A DNA stretch of 64,000 nucleotides from Bugula neritina (taxonomy: Eukaryota > Animalia > Bryozoa), in assembly GCA_964035545.1 (NCBI GenBank), contig OZ037771.1, forward strand, positions 13,577,133-13,641,132, read 5' to 3'. The number at the start of each line of letters is the position of its first letter. The stretch's first letter is position 1. The notes under the pieces are model-generated. The model had not been told where the DNA came from, searched no databases, and saw only the letters and a program-made list of their open reading frames with translations. The position numbers and the translations under genes are program-made. Positions 63,209 to 64,000 of the stretch are shown piece after piece.

Positions 63209-64000
63209 CTACTGAAGAACTAAAGTTACTGCCTGTTCAAGATGGTCCATCCTTGCTTGTATTATTCTGAAAAGGAAAGTTGAAAAGGTGTTGTCAAAGG
63301 ATGAAATGTAATTGCAGACATTTAGTGCACATTATCATTAAATAAATCAGCATGATATATCAACAATTTTAACCAAACCTACTTTATACAAAATTTCAAT
63401 AGCGTGAAAAGTTCAATTCACATTGAATTAAATCATGTGCTAACAAAATTATTGTTGGAAGTTACAAGAGTTGGGAAAGCTTTTCCCTAATTCATTATAG
63501 CTTTTCATGTATCATCACAGCTATATCAGCTATAATATTATGTTTTTTTCTATACACTCATATTATAGCTAACCTTTTTGACTGCAGGTATAAAAACCCA
63601 ATATTTTCACTTATATTTACACTTGCAACTTGCAACTATGCACTTATAACTTATGATGCGTAACAGTTTTTTCACATTGCTATTTCTTTTTATTTTGGCA
63701 CAATGAATAATTCTATATGCCAAAAACACAACAATTATAATTATGTATTTATAATAATGCATTAATTAGTTGATCCTAATTAAAGTAAAATTCAAAAATA
63801 TCTTTATTTACAAAAATTTAGAAATATTTTGTGAATTAAATTACTTAACATTTGAAATGCAACTTACGGAGGTTGGTGAGAAATGACGTAAATCTCCAGA
63901 GTTTTCATTATTTCAGTCTCATTTATTTTTCTCCTCAGTTTTCGAGAAAGACGATCTGAAATTGTTTGTGTGTTGGAAGGGTATGTTATGTTGGTTGGCC
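63209..64000 (-). CDS. Paralog 9, 3' part only (continues beyond the window)
   Basis: 64000..63868 reads (W)PTNITYPSNTQTISDRLSRKLRRKINETEIMKTLEIYVISHQP(P)|GTAAGT, homologous to the YWP exon. Candidate last exon 63266..63209 IIQARMDHLEQAVTLVLQ*. Confidence 0.7.

Overview
AT-rich eukaryotic (animal) genomic DNA with short GT-AG introns, microsatellites, tRNA-derived SINEs and several MITE families. It looks invertebrate; a bryozoan or other lophotrochozoan is only a guess. Two gene systems fill the window. (1) A ~1207-aa intracellular protein (6250..12221, +, two coding exons) fuses a GlnD/GlnE/DUF294-type nucleotidyltransferase domain to near-identical 44-aa TPR repeats that vary almost only on one helical face. 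Its 3' flank (12667..~16400) is repeated at 1..~3765, implying a ~12.7-kb tandem array with another copy just upstream of the window. (2) A tandem cluster of at least nine paralogous multi-exon genes (16221..64000) encodes secreted proteins: signal peptide, single-exon NHL/teneurin-like beta-propeller, 0-4 compact HYR-like modules each on a phase 1-1 exon, and a conserved Cys-containing C-terminal domain. One member has lost the propeller. I built all exon models by hand from splice sites and paralog homology; the eight complete ones sum to intact reading frames. No CRISPR array, rRNA or intact tRNA gene was seen.
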